A stretch of 24,000 nucleotides of DNA from Dethiosulfatarculus sandiegensis. GTDB lineage: Bacteria > Desulfobacterota > Desulfarculia > Desulfarculales > Desulfarculaceae. The stretch lies in assembly GCF_000931935.2 (NCBI RefSeq), contig NZ_AZAC01000027.1:7194-31193 (forward strand). Direction: 5' to 3'. The translations under genes and the position numbers were made by a program. The notes under the pieces are model-generated. The model had not been told where the DNA came from and ran no database searches. It worked only from the letters and a program-made list of their open reading frames with translations. Positions within the stretch are counted from its first letter, which is position 1, and every line of letters begins with the position of its first letter. Shown piece by piece: positions 23,526-24,000 of this stretch.

Positions 23526-24000
23526 GAGACTGTCTTGTTTTCTGTGTATGAGCCAATTACGGATTTGATTTAACATTTCAATTTTGCACCGCCCGAATTC
23601 TTTCGTCAAATAAGATAGCGAATTGATTCATGGCTGCGGTCCAATCCTTTGGCGGCCTCTTCCACTTTTCCGCCAGGTTTTTAATGGCAAGGTAAAGCAG
23701 CTTGGTGGCGGCCTGATCATTGGGGAAATGCCCCCTGGTTTTAACCGCTTTGCGCAGGCTGCGATTCAAGCTTTCGATGGCGTTTGTGGTGTAGATCACC
23801 CTTCGGATTTCGTGAGGATAGGACAGGAAGGGAATGATCTGCTCCCAATTGCGCCGCCATGACTGGCTGATGGTGGGATATTTGCCATCCCACTTTTCTT
23901 CGAATTCACAAAGCCGGCCCTCGGCGGCCTCGGTGGTCTCGGCCCGGTAGATGGCCTTGAGGTCGGCCGCCACTTGCTTGCGGTGCTTCCAGGGCACGAA
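23526..24000 (-). mobile_element. IS256-family insertion sequence, right-hand part; proposed terminus near 23526
   Basis: The transposase stop is at 23578. A candidate terminal repeat GAGACTGTCTTGTTTTCTGTGTATGAG begins 51 nt beyond it. The other IS end is outside the window, so the inverted repeat cannot be confirmed. Confidence 0.45.
23578..24000 (-). CDS. IS256-family (Mutator-type) transposase, C-terminal ~140 aa (gene continues beyond the right edge)
   Basis: KQVAADLKAIYRAETTEAAEGRLCEFEEKWDGKYPTISQSWRRNWEQIIPFLSYPHEIRRVIYTTNAIESLNRSLRKAVKTRGHFPNDQAATKLLYLAI is the characteristic C-terminal region of IS256-family transposases. The frame stays open through position 24000 (..FVPWKHRK), so the M in the track is not the true start. 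Confidence 0.9.
   Translation of the reverse strand, partial: FVPWKHRKQVAADLKAIYRAETTEAAEGRLCEFEEKWDGKYPTISQSWRRNWEQIIPFLSYPHEIRRVIYTTNAIESLNRSLRKAVKTRGHFPNDQAATKLLYLAIKNLAEKWKRPPKDWTAAMNQFAILFDERIRAVQN

Noticed and set aside
1-24000. Search for CRISPR arrays, rRNA, tRNA and long tandem or dispersed DNA repeats
   Set aside because: No regularly spaced direct repeats of 24-40 bp, no rRNA or tRNA signatures and no long nucleotide-level repeats were seen by eye. The repeated SBP and PAS modules of the giant gene are diverged at the DNA level.

Overview
This is a chromosomal window with moderate GC content. Its gene content (many PAS/REC/HD-GYP signalling proteins, sigma-54 elements, radical-SAM enzymes) suggests a Desulfobacterota-type anaerobe, but that is inference only. 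Most genes lie on the minus strand.

From left to right the window contains:

(1) A probable cell-surface or sugar-modification operon, 1-4716. It runs radical SAM, then an AT-rich gap, then a nucleotide-sugar dehydrogenase, a SAM methyltransferase and a second radical SAM that runs off the left edge. A near-consensus sigma-54 promoter at 4785-4800 drives it.

(2) A tightly packed six-gene operon, 5437-11790. It encodes a complete stressosome module (RsbR-like PAS-STAS, RsbS-like STAS, RsbT-like kinase, RsbX-like PP2C). A cytoplasmic hybrid histidine kinase and a REC-HD-GYP response regulator follow directly.

(3) A 1716-aa membrane protein, 11872-17022, lying 81 bp upstream on the same strand. 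It has four tandem periplasmic solute-binding domains, one TM helix and five PAS domains, with no recognisable output domain. I consider (2) and (3) together the most interesting candidate system in the window.

(4) A GC-rich, helix-dense non-coding block at about 17130-17450 that I could not assign.

(5) A decayed sigma-54 activator (GAF-AAA+) pseudogene, 17772 to about 18460. It abuts an AT-rich three-gene island, 18637-21060, encoding a small exported protein, a PepSY-TM protein and a DUF3649-like protein.

(6) Three plus-strand genes: a small zinc-ribbon/wHTH protein, a MarR regulator and a methyltransferase.

(7) The 3' part of an IS256-family transposase that runs off the right edge.

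I found no rRNA, tRNA or CRISPR array. All family assignments come from reading motifs by eye, and no database search was possible.
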